Shown here piece by piece: positions 24,525 to 33,298 of a stretch of 64,000 bases of DNA; within the stretch, counting starts at the first letter, position 1; each line of letters begins with the position of its first letter. Both the position numbers and the translations under genes were made by a program. Under the pieces are notes generated by a model that did no database searches, was not told where the DNA came from, and worked only from the letters and a program-made list of their open reading frames with translations. Origin of the DNA: Patescibacteria group bacterium. Lineage in GTDB: Bacteria > Patescibacteriota > Patescibacteriia > 2-01-FULL-39-33. The DNA is taken from NCBI GenBank assembly GCA_041645075.1, contig JBAZQS010000001.1:9147-73146 (forward strand), given 5' to 3'.

Positions 24525-26729
24525 CTAACCCCCGCATTCCTTATTACTGCATTTTATCCCTCCCTTTTTGTCTTCGGTCATGGGATAGCCGCAATCCGGA
24601 CATTTTTCGCCCGTGGGCTTGCCCCAAAAAGCAAAATCGCATTTGGGATATTGGTCGCAGCCGTAAAACATTCCCTTGCGGCTTCTCTTGCTTACCACCT
24701 TGCCGGTTTTGCATTTTGGGCAAGCCAAATTTAAATCCTCGGCCGCTTCTTTTTTAATGTATTTGCAATCGGGATATTTTGAACAGCCCTTGAACGAGCC
24801 ATATCGTCCTTGGCGCATTACCAAATTGGCGCCGCACTCCGGACATTTTTCTTCTAAAAGCACCGGCGCTTTTTTTTCTTCTATTTCACCGTTGCCATTT
24901 ATTTTTTTGGTATTTTTGCAGGCCGGATAATTTGAGCAAGCCAGGAATCTGCCGAAACGCCCCACTTTTATTATCATTTCACTGCCGCATTTTTCGCATT
25001 TTTCATTGGTTTTTTCTTCAGTGATTTCTTTTTTGCTTAATTCTTTTTCTTTGAGCATAAGATTTTTATTAAAAGGTTCATAAAATTCTTTTAGAATTTT
25101 TTGCCATTTTTGTTTGCCCTCGGCGATTTCATCCAAGTCATTTTCCATTTTGGCGGTAAAATTATAATCAACAATATTTGGAAAATGTTCCATTAAGAGG
25201 TCATTGACGATAAAGGCGATATCAGTCGGTTTGAGCCGTTTATTTTCCACTCTCTCGGCGTATCTCCGTTCAATAACCGTGGCAATGGTGGGCGCGTAAG
25301 TAGAGGGCCGGCCGATGCCCTTTTCTTCCAAAATTTTTACTATACCCGCGTCCGAATAACGCGCGGCCGGCTGGGTGAATTTTTGCATTGGATTTATTTT
25401 GAGGCATTTTATGGCCTCGTCTTTTTCCAGGGCCGGCAGAATTTCATCTTTAGTTGAAGAAGGATAAATTTTTAAAAAGCCGTCAAATTTTATGATTTGG
25501 CCGCTTATTTTGAAAGTGTATTTATCATCTTTGGTATTAATATCAACCGAAGTCGCGTCAAGACGCGCCGGACTCATTTGGCTCGCCACGGCTCTTTGCC
25601 AGATTAATTGATATAATTTAAATTGATTTCTATTTAATATTTTTTCCAGTTCTGGCGGAGTGCGGTGGGCCTCGGTCGGCCTAATGGCTTCGTGGGCTTC
25701 TTGCGCGCCCTTGCTTTTAGTTTTAAAATTTCTGGTTTCTAAATAATTATTGCCCATGGTGTTTTTGATATAATCAGCCGCTTCGCCGATAAATTTTTGC
25801 GACAAATTCAAGGAGTCGGTCCTCATATAAGTAATCAAACCAACCGAATCATCGCCACCCAGATCAATGCCTTCATAAAGCTGTTGGGCAAGCATCATGG
25901 TTTGTTTGGCGGAAAATCCCAAACGCCTATTTGCTTCCTGTTGAATAGTTGAGGTCGTAAATGGCGGCAAAGGATGGCGGCTAACCTCTTTTTTAATAAT
26001 GTCAGCCACATAATAATTCTGCTTGGCTAAAGTATATAAAAGATTATCCGCTTCTTTTTTTGATTTAATTTCCAATTTATCTAATGTTTTGCCGTCTATT
26101 TTTTGGAGCTTGGCCGTGAACTTTTCTTTTTGTTTTGTTTGAAAATCGCCAAGGATTTCCCAGTACTCTTCAATTTTAAAATTTTGGATTTCCCGCTCTT
26201 TTTCTACGATTAAGCGGACAACCACGGATTGGACGCGGCCGGCCGAAAGCCCGCGCGCCACCTTTTTCCATAATAGGGGCGAAAGCTTATAGCCGACCAG
26301 TCGGTCTAAGATTCTTCGGGCTTGCTGGGCGTCAACCAAATCAAGGTCAATCTGGCGGGGATTTTTCAGGGCCTCGTTAATCGCTTCTTTGGTGATTTCG
26401 TGGAAAGTTATTCTTTGGGTTTCGCCGATTGGCGTTTTGAAAATCTGCGCCAAATGCCAGGCAATGGCCTCGCCTTCCCGGTCTTCGTCAGTGGCAAAGT
26501 AAATTAAATCGGCCTTTTCCGCCAATTTTTTTAACTCGGTAACGCGCTTTTTTGCCCTGGTTGGTATTTCATAAGTTGGTTCAAAATTATGTTCAAAATC
26601 CACTCCCATTTTTTTTGTCGGCAAATCCCTGACATGGCCGAAAGACGACTCCACCTTGAAATCATTATTTAAAAATTTTGAAATTGTTTTGGCTTTGGTC
26701 GGGGATTCAACAATTACTAAGTTTTTCAT
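24525..26729 (-). CDS. topA: DNA topoisomerase I with C-terminal zinc-ribbon repeats
   Basis: MKNLVIVESPTKAKTISKFL... Toprim/TOP1A domains; multiple C-terminal CxxC...CxxC fingers. Confidence 0.92.
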   Translation of the reverse strand: MKNLVIVESPTKAKTISKFLNNDFKVESSFGHVRDLPTKKMGVDFEHNFEPTYEIPTRAKKRVTELKKLAEKADLIYFATDEDREGEAIAWHLAQIFKTPIGETQRITFHEITKEAINEALKNPRQIDLDLVDAQQARRILDRLVGYKLSPLLWKKVARGLSAGRVQSVVVRLIVEKEREIQNFKIEEYWEILGDFQTKQKEKFTAKLQKIDGKTLDKLEIKSKKEADNLLYTLAKQNYYVADIIKKEVSRHPLPPFTTSTIQQEANRRLGFSAKQTMMLAQQLYEGIDLGGDDSVGLITYMRTDSLNLSQKFIGEAADYIKNTMGNNYLETRNFKTKSKGAQEAHEAIRPTEAHRTPPELEKILNRNQFKLYQLIWQRAVASQMSPARLDATSVDINTKDDKYTFKISGQIIKFDGFLKIYPSSTKDEILPALEKDEAIKCLKINPMQKFTQPAARYSDAGIVKILEEKGIGRPSTYAPTIATVIERRYAERVENKRLKPTDIAFIVNDLLMEHFPNIVDYNFTAKMENDLDEIAEGKQKWQKILKEFYEPFNKNLMLKEKELSKKEITEEKTNEKCEKCGSEMIIKVGRFGRFLACSNYPACKNTKKINGNGEIEEKKAPVLLEEKCPECGANLVMRQGRYGSFKGCSKYPDCKYIKKEAAEDLNLACPKCKTGKVVSKRSRKGMFYGCDQYPKCDFAFWGKPTGEKCPDCGYPMTEDKKGGIKCSNKECGG

Positions 26730-26824
26730 AACTTAATTATTTAATATGCGATGCTAATATACGAATTCATTCTAATGATACTAATATTCGTATAATTCGC
26801 ATGCATTAGTATATTGGCATCGCG

Positions 26825-27922
26825 TTAATTCTTAATATAATTCTTCCCCCCCAAATCCTTTATCGCGTCCCTCATCTCTAAAATGGTGAGCGCGCTTGAG
26901 AGAGCATTAATTTTAAGTTTACTAAATTGGCTTATTTTGTCAATATGAATCGGCTCCTTGGACAATATTTTTAAAATAATTTCTTCCTCGGCGGTTTCGG
27001 CCCTGGCTTGATTTTCGCTTTCCGCTCCTATAATTTGTTTTAGATTTAATTCTTCTAAAATATCGTTAGCATTAATGACCAGCTTCGCGCCCTGCTTGAT
27101 TAAATTATTAGTGCCTTGGGAATTTTTATTATAAATACTGCCGGGCACGGCAAAGACCTCTCGATTTTGGTCCAGGGCATATTTGGCAGTTATCAACGAA
27201 CCCGAGCTTTCTTTGGCTTCTATGACCAAGGTTCCCAAAGACAGTCCGGAAATAATTCGGTTTCTTAAGGGAAAATTCTGTTTGGCCGGAATGGCGCCGA
27301 TGGGATATTCGGAAATAATGGCGCCGCCGTTTTCTATGATTTTTTTGGCCAAATACCGGTTGGTAGAGGGATAAATGCTTTGCCAATCGGCGCCCGAGCC
27401 AAGAATGGCGGTCGTGAGTCCGTTGTTTTCCAGACAGGCCTCGTGGGCGAGAGCGTCTATGCCCAAGGCCAAACCGGAAACAATAGTAATTTTTTGGCGC
27501 GATAAATCGGCCACGATTTCCGAGACGGCTTGTTTGCCATAAAGGGAAAATTTTCTCGTGCCCACCACGGCCAGGCAAAAATTTTGCAGGCCGTTTAAAG
27601 ACCCGTGATAATACAATAAGGCGGGCGGGTCAAAAATTTGTTTTAAGAGAGTCGGATAATCTTCATCAATAAATCGGCACGCCTTTAAATTTTCCTTTTC
27701 CAATTTTTCTAATTCCTGGTCCGGATTTATCTGGCTTCGGGCAATGATAATTTCATGAGCCAAATTTTCTTCAAAGCCCGCGTCCATTAAAGCCAGCAAA
27801 TCGGCGCGCCAGGCGCTTTCTAAGCCATGGAAACGTTTAATTAGTTTTTGAAAGCGAGTCGCGCCGATAAGGCGTATTTGTGAAAAGGCGAGCCAATATT
27901 TTAAATTACTGTTATTTACCAT
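26825..27922 (-). CDS. dprA: DNA processing protein DprA (Smf)
   Basis: 365 aa. Rossmann-like DprA core (GSxxGxD-type region AVVGTRKFSLYGKQ, ALGIDALAHEA) and a C-terminal wHTH. Confidence 0.85.
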   Translation of the reverse strand: MVNNSNLKYWLAFSQIRLIGATRFQKLIKRFHGLESAWRADLLALMDAGFEENLAHEIIIARSQINPDQELEKLEKENLKACRFIDEDYPTLLKQIFDPPALLYYHGSLNGLQNFCLAVVGTRKFSLYGKQAVSEIVADLSRQKITIVSGLALGIDALAHEACLENNGLTTAILGSGADWQSIYPSTNRYLAKKIIENGGAIISEYPIGAIPAKQNFPLRNRIISGLSLGTLVIEAKESSGSLITAKYALDQNREVFAVPGSIYNKNSQGTNNLIKQGAKLVINANDILEELNLKQIIGAESENQARAETAEEEIILKILSKEPIHIDKISQFSKLKINALSSALTILEMRDAIKDLGGKNYIKN

Positions 27923-27950
27923 AGCTTTAATTGTTTTTTATCGCATGATA

Positions 27951-27984
27951 TTGACAGAAAATTTTTGGTATGATAGTATCTCTT
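27951..27984 (+). promoter_or_regulatory. Sigma70-like promoter TTGACA-17-TAGTAT upstream of a 240-nt leader and two tRNA genes
   Basis: cattgacagaaaatttttggtatgatagtatc. Confidence 0.5.
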
Positions 27985-28225
27985 AAAGAATATAGCCGCT
28001 ATTTTTCTGTCTGATAGTTGACGAAAAAGTTGTTCCCCCTCCTGACGGCTTTTTTATCAGCAAGTTATGGTCCTTTCCTTTTGGACGGGGCTATAAGCTA
28101 TCGGACAGTAAAATAGCGACTATAATTGTTCTGAAAAATTAGTTTGGTTCCGGGGTAATGGAGGCAGGGACTGCAGTACGCAGTCATTCATTTAGAGATT
28201 TTTATCTCCCCCGTAACCCATGAGG

Positions 28226-28326
28226 GGTTGGTGTAGCTCGCTGGCAGAGCGGCGCAAAACCGTTGTCGGAGTATTTTGCTCCGTGTTATGCGAAGGTCAT
28301 TGGTTCGAATCCAATCACCAACCCCA
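28226..28326 (+). tRNA. Atypical tRNA-like gene (~100 nt, encoded CCA) with a 32-nt anticodon loop carrying an internal hairpin; His-like identity elements (G-1 paired with C73)
   Basis: Acceptor GTTGGTG/CACCAAC extended by G-1:C73. TA, D-arm GCTC-GCTGGCA-GAGC, T-arm ATTGG-TTCGAAT-CCAAT, CCA at 28324-28326. Anticodon stem CGCA/TGCG encloses aaaccgttgtCGGAGtattttgCTCCGtgtta instead of 7 nt. Possible intron-containing tRNA, expanded-loop tRNA or pseudogene. Confidence 0.5.
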
Positions 28327-28352
28327 AAATATTATAATCGGTCTTTTTAAGT

Positions 28353-28430
28353 CGGGGTGTAGCTCAGTCCGGTAGAGCACCCGCCTTGGGCGCGGGGGGT
28401 CGCAGGTTCAAATCCTCGCCACTCCGACCA
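28353..28430 (+). tRNA. tRNA-Pro (anticodon TGG), CCA encoded
   Basis: CGGGGTG-TA-GCTC-AGTCCGGTA-GAGC-A-CCCGC-CTTGGGC-GCGGG-GGGTC-GCAGG-TTCAAAT-CCT(C)GC-CACTCCG-A-CCA; one bulged C in the T-stem. Confidence 0.75.
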
Positions 28431-28432
28431 AA

Positions 28433-28999
28433 TTAATTAAATTTGTTCATCGCCCTTTCCAAGGAATCTTCAATTATAGCCGTCACCACGTTGGCGGCTT
28501 TTTTTATTGTTTCATTTGTTTCCATTTTTTTATCTTTGCCGATTTTTTCCAAGACATATTTTAAGGCGCCGATTTTTTCGGCCCTGGCGGTTTTGACGCC
28601 GATTTTTAGCCGGATGAAATCTTGAGTGCTCAGCGATTGAATAATTGACCTTATACCATTGTGTCCGCCCGCCGAAGAATTCTTTGCCAGGCGGATTTTC
28701 CCCAGAGGCAAATCAACATCATCGTGAACGATGATTATATCCGCAATTTTTATTTTAAAATAATTTTTTAATAAGGCCGCGGCCAGGCCCGATTCGTTCA
28801 TAAAAGTTTGCGGCTTGACTAAAATGATTTTTTCCCGGCCGATTTTGCCGATAGAAATTTCTGACTTTAATTTTTTATGCTCTTTAAAATTTTCAAATCC
28901 CAATTCATTCGCCATTTTTTCAATGGTTAAAAATCCCATATTATGCCAGGTGTTTTTGTATTGTTCGCCCGGATTGCCCAGACCTATAACTAATTTCAT
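28433..28999 (-). CDS. pth: Peptidyl-tRNA hydrolase
   Basis: MKLVIGLGNPGEQYKNTWHNMGF... canonical Pth. Confidence 0.9.
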   Translation of the reverse strand: MKLVIGLGNPGEQYKNTWHNMGFLTIEKMANELGFENFKEHKKLKSEISIGKIGREKIILVKPQTFMNESGLAAALLKNYFKIKIADIIIVHDDVDLPLGKIRLAKNSSAGGHNGIRSIIQSLSTQDFIRLKIGVKTARAEKIGALKYVLEKIGKDKKMETNETIKKAANVVTAIIEDSLERAMNKFN

Positions 29000-30360
29000 A
29001 TTTTTTTATCTTCTTTCCACCTTTTAACTTCTATCTGTATCGGCGTGCCGATAATATCAAACGTTTCTCTCAAATTATTCTGAATAAATCTGATATAAGA
29101 AAAATGCAGAATTTTCGGGTCATTGACAAAAATATCAAAGCGCGGGGGGTTGGTCCCACTCTGCTGGATTTTAAAAATATAAGGATTTTTAAGCCCTTGG
29201 CCGCGCGACGGCTTGTGTTTTTTAATTTGGCTTATTAGAAATTTTTGTAAGTCTTCATCGGAAATTCTGACTTGTCTTGATTTTTGGATTTCCAAAATCA
29301 AATCAAGGATTTTTTTGGTTCTCAAATCATCTTTGGCGGAAATAAATATGATTGGCGCCCACCACAAATAGGGAAGATTCCCGTGATAATAATCCATATA
29401 TTTATTGACGGTGTTAGTATCTTTTTCCGGTATCAAGTCCCATTTATTCACGGCGATAATCAGCGATTTTGAATTTTCTAAAATTTCTTGGGTAATTTTT
29501 TTGTCCTGCGTCTCTATTTTTTCCGGCGCTTCCACCACCAAGACCACCACATCCGCCCGCTTAATGGTAGAAATTGATTTGTCAACGGATTTTCGTTCTA
29601 AACTTCTTGGCTCAATTTTACCTTTTTTTCGCATTCCGGCCGTGTCAATCAAAAGAAACTTTTTATCCTTATATTCAAATTCCGTGTCATGCGATTCACG
29701 GGTGGTATGGGGGATATCGGTGACGATCACCCTTTCTTCGCCCAAAATAGAATTGAGCAGAGATGATTTGCCCACATTGGGTTTGCCCACGATGGCCACC
29801 TTAATCGCCTCTTCACCCTCTTTTTCTTTTTGTTGGCTGATTTTTTTCGGCAATTTTTTAATGATTAAATCCAAGAGGTCGCCGCAGCCCGAGCCGTTGG
29901 CCGCCGAAACCATTTGCGGCTCGCCCAAATTTAATTTGTAGATTTCCGCATCGGGATTTCGCCATTTTAAAGAATCGGCCTTATTGACCACCAAAATAAT
30001 TTTATTTTTTAAATGCTGTTTTATTAACTCGCGCGCTAATTCCTTATCGCTTCGCAGGACGCCCTCTTTAGCATCAATTATAAATAAAATTAAATTCGCA
30101 TTGGCAATCGCTTTACGCGCCTGCTTGACAATATTTTCTTCTATAATACCGGGATATTTTTTGTCTATATCAAGACCACCCGTATCAACTAAAATGAATT
30201 CGCGGTCGCGCCATTTTACATTATCAATATTTCGGTCGCGCGTGGTGCCGGAGACCATAGAAACAATCGCTTTGTTTTTTTCAATTAAGCGATTAAATAA
30301 AGTTGATTTGCCGACATTGGCTCGGCCGATAATGGCGACTTGCGCTAATTTTGTTTTCAT
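28996..30360 (-). CDS. der: Ribosome-associated GTPase Der/EngA (two tandem GTPase domains + KH-like)
   Basis: GRANVGKSTLFN and GKPNVGKSSLLN P-loops. Likely start at MKTKLAQVAIIG (30360); the ORF track extends to 30447. 4-nt overlap with pth. Confidence 0.88.
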   Translation of the reverse strand: MKTKLAQVAIIGRANVGKSTLFNRLIEKNKAIVSMVSGTTRDRNIDNVKWRDREFILVDTGGLDIDKKYPGIIEENIVKQARKAIANANLILFIIDAKEGVLRSDKELARELIKQHLKNKIILVVNKADSLKWRNPDAEIYKLNLGEPQMVSAANGSGCGDLLDLIIKKLPKKISQQKEKEGEEAIKVAIVGKPNVGKSSLLNSILGEERVIVTDIPHTTRESHDTEFEYKDKKFLLIDTAGMRKKGKIEPRSLERKSVDKSISTIKRADVVVLVVEAPEKIETQDKKITQEILENSKSLIIAVNKWDLIPEKDTNTVNKYMDYYHGNLPYLWWAPIIFISAKDDLRTKKILDLILEIQKSRQVRISDEDLQKFLISQIKKHKPSRGQGLKNPYIFKIQQSGTNPPRFDIFVNDPKILHFSYIRFIQNNLRETFDIIGTPIQIEVKRWKEDKKI

Positions 30361-30510
30361 ATTAGATATGATAGCGGAAAAATCGCTTATTGGCAATTTT
30401 GATAAATAAAAAAATTTGTCGCTTTTTTGATTTTTTAAATTTGACAATTATAAAATTAATTGTTATTATGATTAATAATCTTAGCTCATTGCTCATTAAG
30501 GAGGGCAACA

Positions 30511-30840
30511 ATGAATAACCGCAAAAGCATCGTCTGTATCTGGTTTGTCGAGCCGCTGGATAAAGACACCAATGCCGTTATCGGCCGGATGATTGACCCG
30601 TGCGATAACTTGGAAAATTATCTTGAGGCCGTGGAAGGCGCTGACGGGCAAAACCACAATTTGTGGCAATTGCCCAATTTTCAAATGGTCGGTTCGCTTA
30701 ATGCTAGCGCCAAAGGTCTTCGTTTACGTTTCAAAATTTGGGTCCGAGAGGGGAATGGCCAAATTCGCGAGTGGTTTAAATTGCGTCCGAAAGCCCAAAC
30801 TAAAAACGCCGGCGAAACACGGCCGGCGCCGGCAAATTAA
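30511..30840 (+). CDS. Hypothetical small protein
   Basis: 109 aa. Strong SD aaggaggg 7 nt upstream of ATG. Terminator hairpin ccggcttatcgcgcgataagccggctttttt at 30858-30888. Confidence 0.6.
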   Translation: MNNRKSIVCIWFVEPLDKDTNAVIGRMIDPCDNLENYLEAVEGADGQNHNLWQLPNFQMVGSLNASAKGLRLRFKIWVREGNGQIREWFKLRPKAQTKNAGETRPAPAN

Positions 30841-30923
30841 TTTTAAAAAAATATTCCGGCTTATCGCGCGATAAGCCGGCTTTTTTATTTAATGAGACGG
30901 TGTGGTATTGGCCGGAGGAATTA

Positions 30924-32495
30924 TTATTTTTGCCCCAAAATAATTACAAAATTTGCCGTGGAGATTAGGCCGGTTGGCGCCGCCACGGCTTCCGCCTCAT
31001 ATAATTTTTCCAATTCTCGGGCCGTGGCCGGATATTTGCCTTTAGCCAAATCGTAAATCACGGTTCGCGCGTATTCGTGATTATCGGCGTTGGCGGTTTG
31101 AATCACTTTTAAGCCCAGCGCTTCCAGCCGCGTTTTTTCCTGGTTGGCATAGCCGTTTATCCAAGTGCCGTTTCTGATTTCAATTTTCGCCGTTTCATCT
31201 TTAAAAGTTTTTTCTATTACCGGTAAAGTATTAATTGGTTTTTCCTCGGTGGTGGTCGCCGCTTTTTCCGTATTATTTTTTGTGGTTGAGGCAGAATTAT
31301 TATTTGCGGTTTTTGGCGGCGGACGTTGGCTGGCAATCGTGTTTTCCACTATGTCTTTGTAGAAAATATATTGCCAGACATTTTTTATATCCTCAAAATT
31401 TCCGGCCGTCGGCAAAAGCAAATAAGAACCGTTAATCATGGCGGAATAAAGCAGCGGCTTGGCGCCGTCAGTCAAGCTTTGGTGAATAATCGCCGCGCTA
31501 TCAACTTTTTTGGCAATATCCATTATTCGGAGCATTTCCCAGATTGCCAAATTGGTTTTAATGTGCTCATTATAAGCGGTCAGAAGATTATTTATTTTTT
31601 TCGGATTAACAAAGGTCTCAATGGTAAATATTTTTTCTTTCAGGGCCATGATAATTTTTTGCTGTCTTTTGGCGCGGGCGAAATCCGAGCCCTCCGAGCC
31701 CAGCGCGTGCCTTGACCGCGCGTATTTGAGCGCCAACTCGCCGTCCATATGTTGTATACCTTTCTTAATACTCAATTTTTCATAGCGGTTTTCAATGGGA
31801 TAAACATATTCTTTGCCGCGGATGGGATATTCATAATCCACCAGGTCGTTTTCTACCTCAATATCCACGCCGCCGAATTCGTCAATAATTTTTTCAAAGC
31901 CGTCAAAATCAACGACTATATAATAATGGATATCCGCGCCCAATAGTTTGCTTAATTCCCGCGCCAGCGCTTCGCCGCCCGCGCCCGTTTTTTTTTGTTC
32001 GGCGAAAGCGCTAATGGCATTTATTTTATAGCAGTTGCCGCCGCCCGCCTCGCAATACTGGGTGTCGCGTGGTATAGACATCATGGCCACCTGATTGGCG
32101 CTCGGCTTATAACTAGCTAAAATAATGGTATCGGCCAAGGTCCCGCCCTCGTGGTTTTTCCCGCCTTGGCCCATAATCAAGAAATTTACCCGGTCATCAT
32201 TTTCGCCGTCTAATTTTTTGTCTTGGCTGGCGATCAGCCGTCCCATCTGCTGGAATAAGTTTAATTTAGAAAGGTTTTTCACCAAGCTTTCGCCGCTGAA
32301 AATGACTGATGACGAGAAAACCAATAGAGAAATGATAATCACGACAATTAAGCCGACGACGATTTTTTTCCAGCCGCGCCTTGATTTTGGGCGCCCCGGC
32401 TCATTAAATTCCGGAACTTCCGGTTCGGGCAGAAAATTGACTTGCATTTTTGACATGATAACGAATATTATTGTTTTAATAATTTTTATGGGCAA
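30924..32495 (-). CDS. LytR-CpsA-Psr (LCP) family cell-envelope phosphotransferase with C-terminal extra domain
   Basis: N-terminal TM. LCP core (LIMGQGG...TLADTIILASY...MSIPRDT). The start may be at internal M (MSKMQ...). Confidence 0.8.
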   Translation of the reverse strand: MPIKIIKTIIFVIMSKMQVNFLPEPEVPEFNEPGRPKSRRGWKKIVVGLIVVIIISLLVFSSSVIFSGESLVKNLSKLNLFQQMGRLIASQDKKLDGENDDRVNFLIMGQGGKNHEGGTLADTIILASYKPSANQVAMMSIPRDTQYCEAGGGNCYKINAISAFAEQKKTGAGGEALARELSKLLGADIHYYIVVDFDGFEKIIDEFGGVDIEVENDLVDYEYPIRGKEYVYPIENRYEKLSIKKGIQHMDGELALKYARSRHALGSEGSDFARAKRQQKIIMALKEKIFTIETFVNPKKINNLLTAYNEHIKTNLAIWEMLRIMDIAKKVDSAAIIHQSLTDGAKPLLYSAMINGSYLLLPTAGNFEDIKNVWQYIFYKDIVENTIASQRPPPKTANNNSASTTKNNTEKAATTTEEKPINTLPVIEKTFKDETAKIEIRNGTWINGYANQEKTRLEALGLKVIQTANADNHEYARTVIYDLAKGKYPATARELEKLYEAEAVAAPTGLISTANFVIILGQK

Positions 32496-32645
32496 ATTTT
32501 AAAGCTAATATTTTATAGGCGGGGTATTTATCCCCCGCCCCATGACAACATTTTTTATTATAACTGATTACTTGCAATTTGCCAACATATTATGTTATAA
32601 ATAAACCTTGTAAAATTTTAATTTTGTGTTATAATCAATAACATA

Positions 32646-33272
32646 ATGTCTATGAGTAATCCGGAGAGCAATTTAGGCCTTGGTAATTACAATTCTCAAA
32701 AATCCCGCTTTGTTCGGACGAAAGAATTCGTCTGGGAAATGTTTAAGGTCGCGGTTGTTTCGCTGGCGATCATTCTCCCGGTTCGTTATTTTTTAATCCA
32801 GCCCTTTTATGTCAAGGGAGCGTCCATGGAGCCGAATTTTTATGATCATGAGTATTTGATCATTGATGAGATTGGTTATCGTTTTAATGAGCCCCAAAGA
32901 GGCGATATAGTGGTTTTTAAATATCCGAAAAATCCCAGGCAATATTTTATAAAAAGAGTTATCGGCCTGCCCGGGGAGCATATAAAAATAGAAAATGGCC
33001 GGATTTACCTATTGAAACCAGGCACTTCTTTTATCCCCTTGGCGGAAAATTATTTGGCGCCGGGCCTGGCGACCGACTTGCCGGCTCGCGGTTATGGCGA
33101 CATCACTTTGGGCGCCGACGAATATTTTTTATTGGGCGATAATCGGGGAGAAAGTTTGGATTCCAGGGTGTTCGGGCCGGTAAAAAGGAGTTTTATTATC
33201 GGCCGCACCTGGTTGCGTGGCTGGCCATTCACCCGGTTGACCATTTTTAATACGCCAAAGTATAACTTTTAA
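32646..33272 (+). CDS. lepB: Signal peptidase I
   Basis: S26 motifs GASMEPN (Ser), VIGLPGE, KRVIG (Lys box), GDNRGESLDSR. Confidence 0.88.
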   Translation: MSMSNPESNLGLGNYNSQKSRFVRTKEFVWEMFKVAVVSLAIILPVRYFLIQPFYVKGASMEPNFYDHEYLIIDEIGYRFNEPQRGDIVVFKYPKNPRQYFIKRVIGLPGEHIKIENGRIYLLKPGTSFIPLAENYLAPGLATDLPARGYGDITLGADEYFLLGDNRGESLDSRVFGPVKRSFIIGRTWLRGWPFTRLTIFNTPKYNF

Positions 33273-33298
33273 CCTTTAACTTTTTACTTTTAACTCTA

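Noticed and set aside
27923-28226. RNase P RNA or SRP RNA in the long leader upstream of the tRNAs
   Set aside because: I could not find the conserved P4 (AGGAAAGUCC / ACAGAAxCCGGCUUA) or SRP domain IV (GGAAGCAGCCA) motifs. It is left as an uncharacterised leader.
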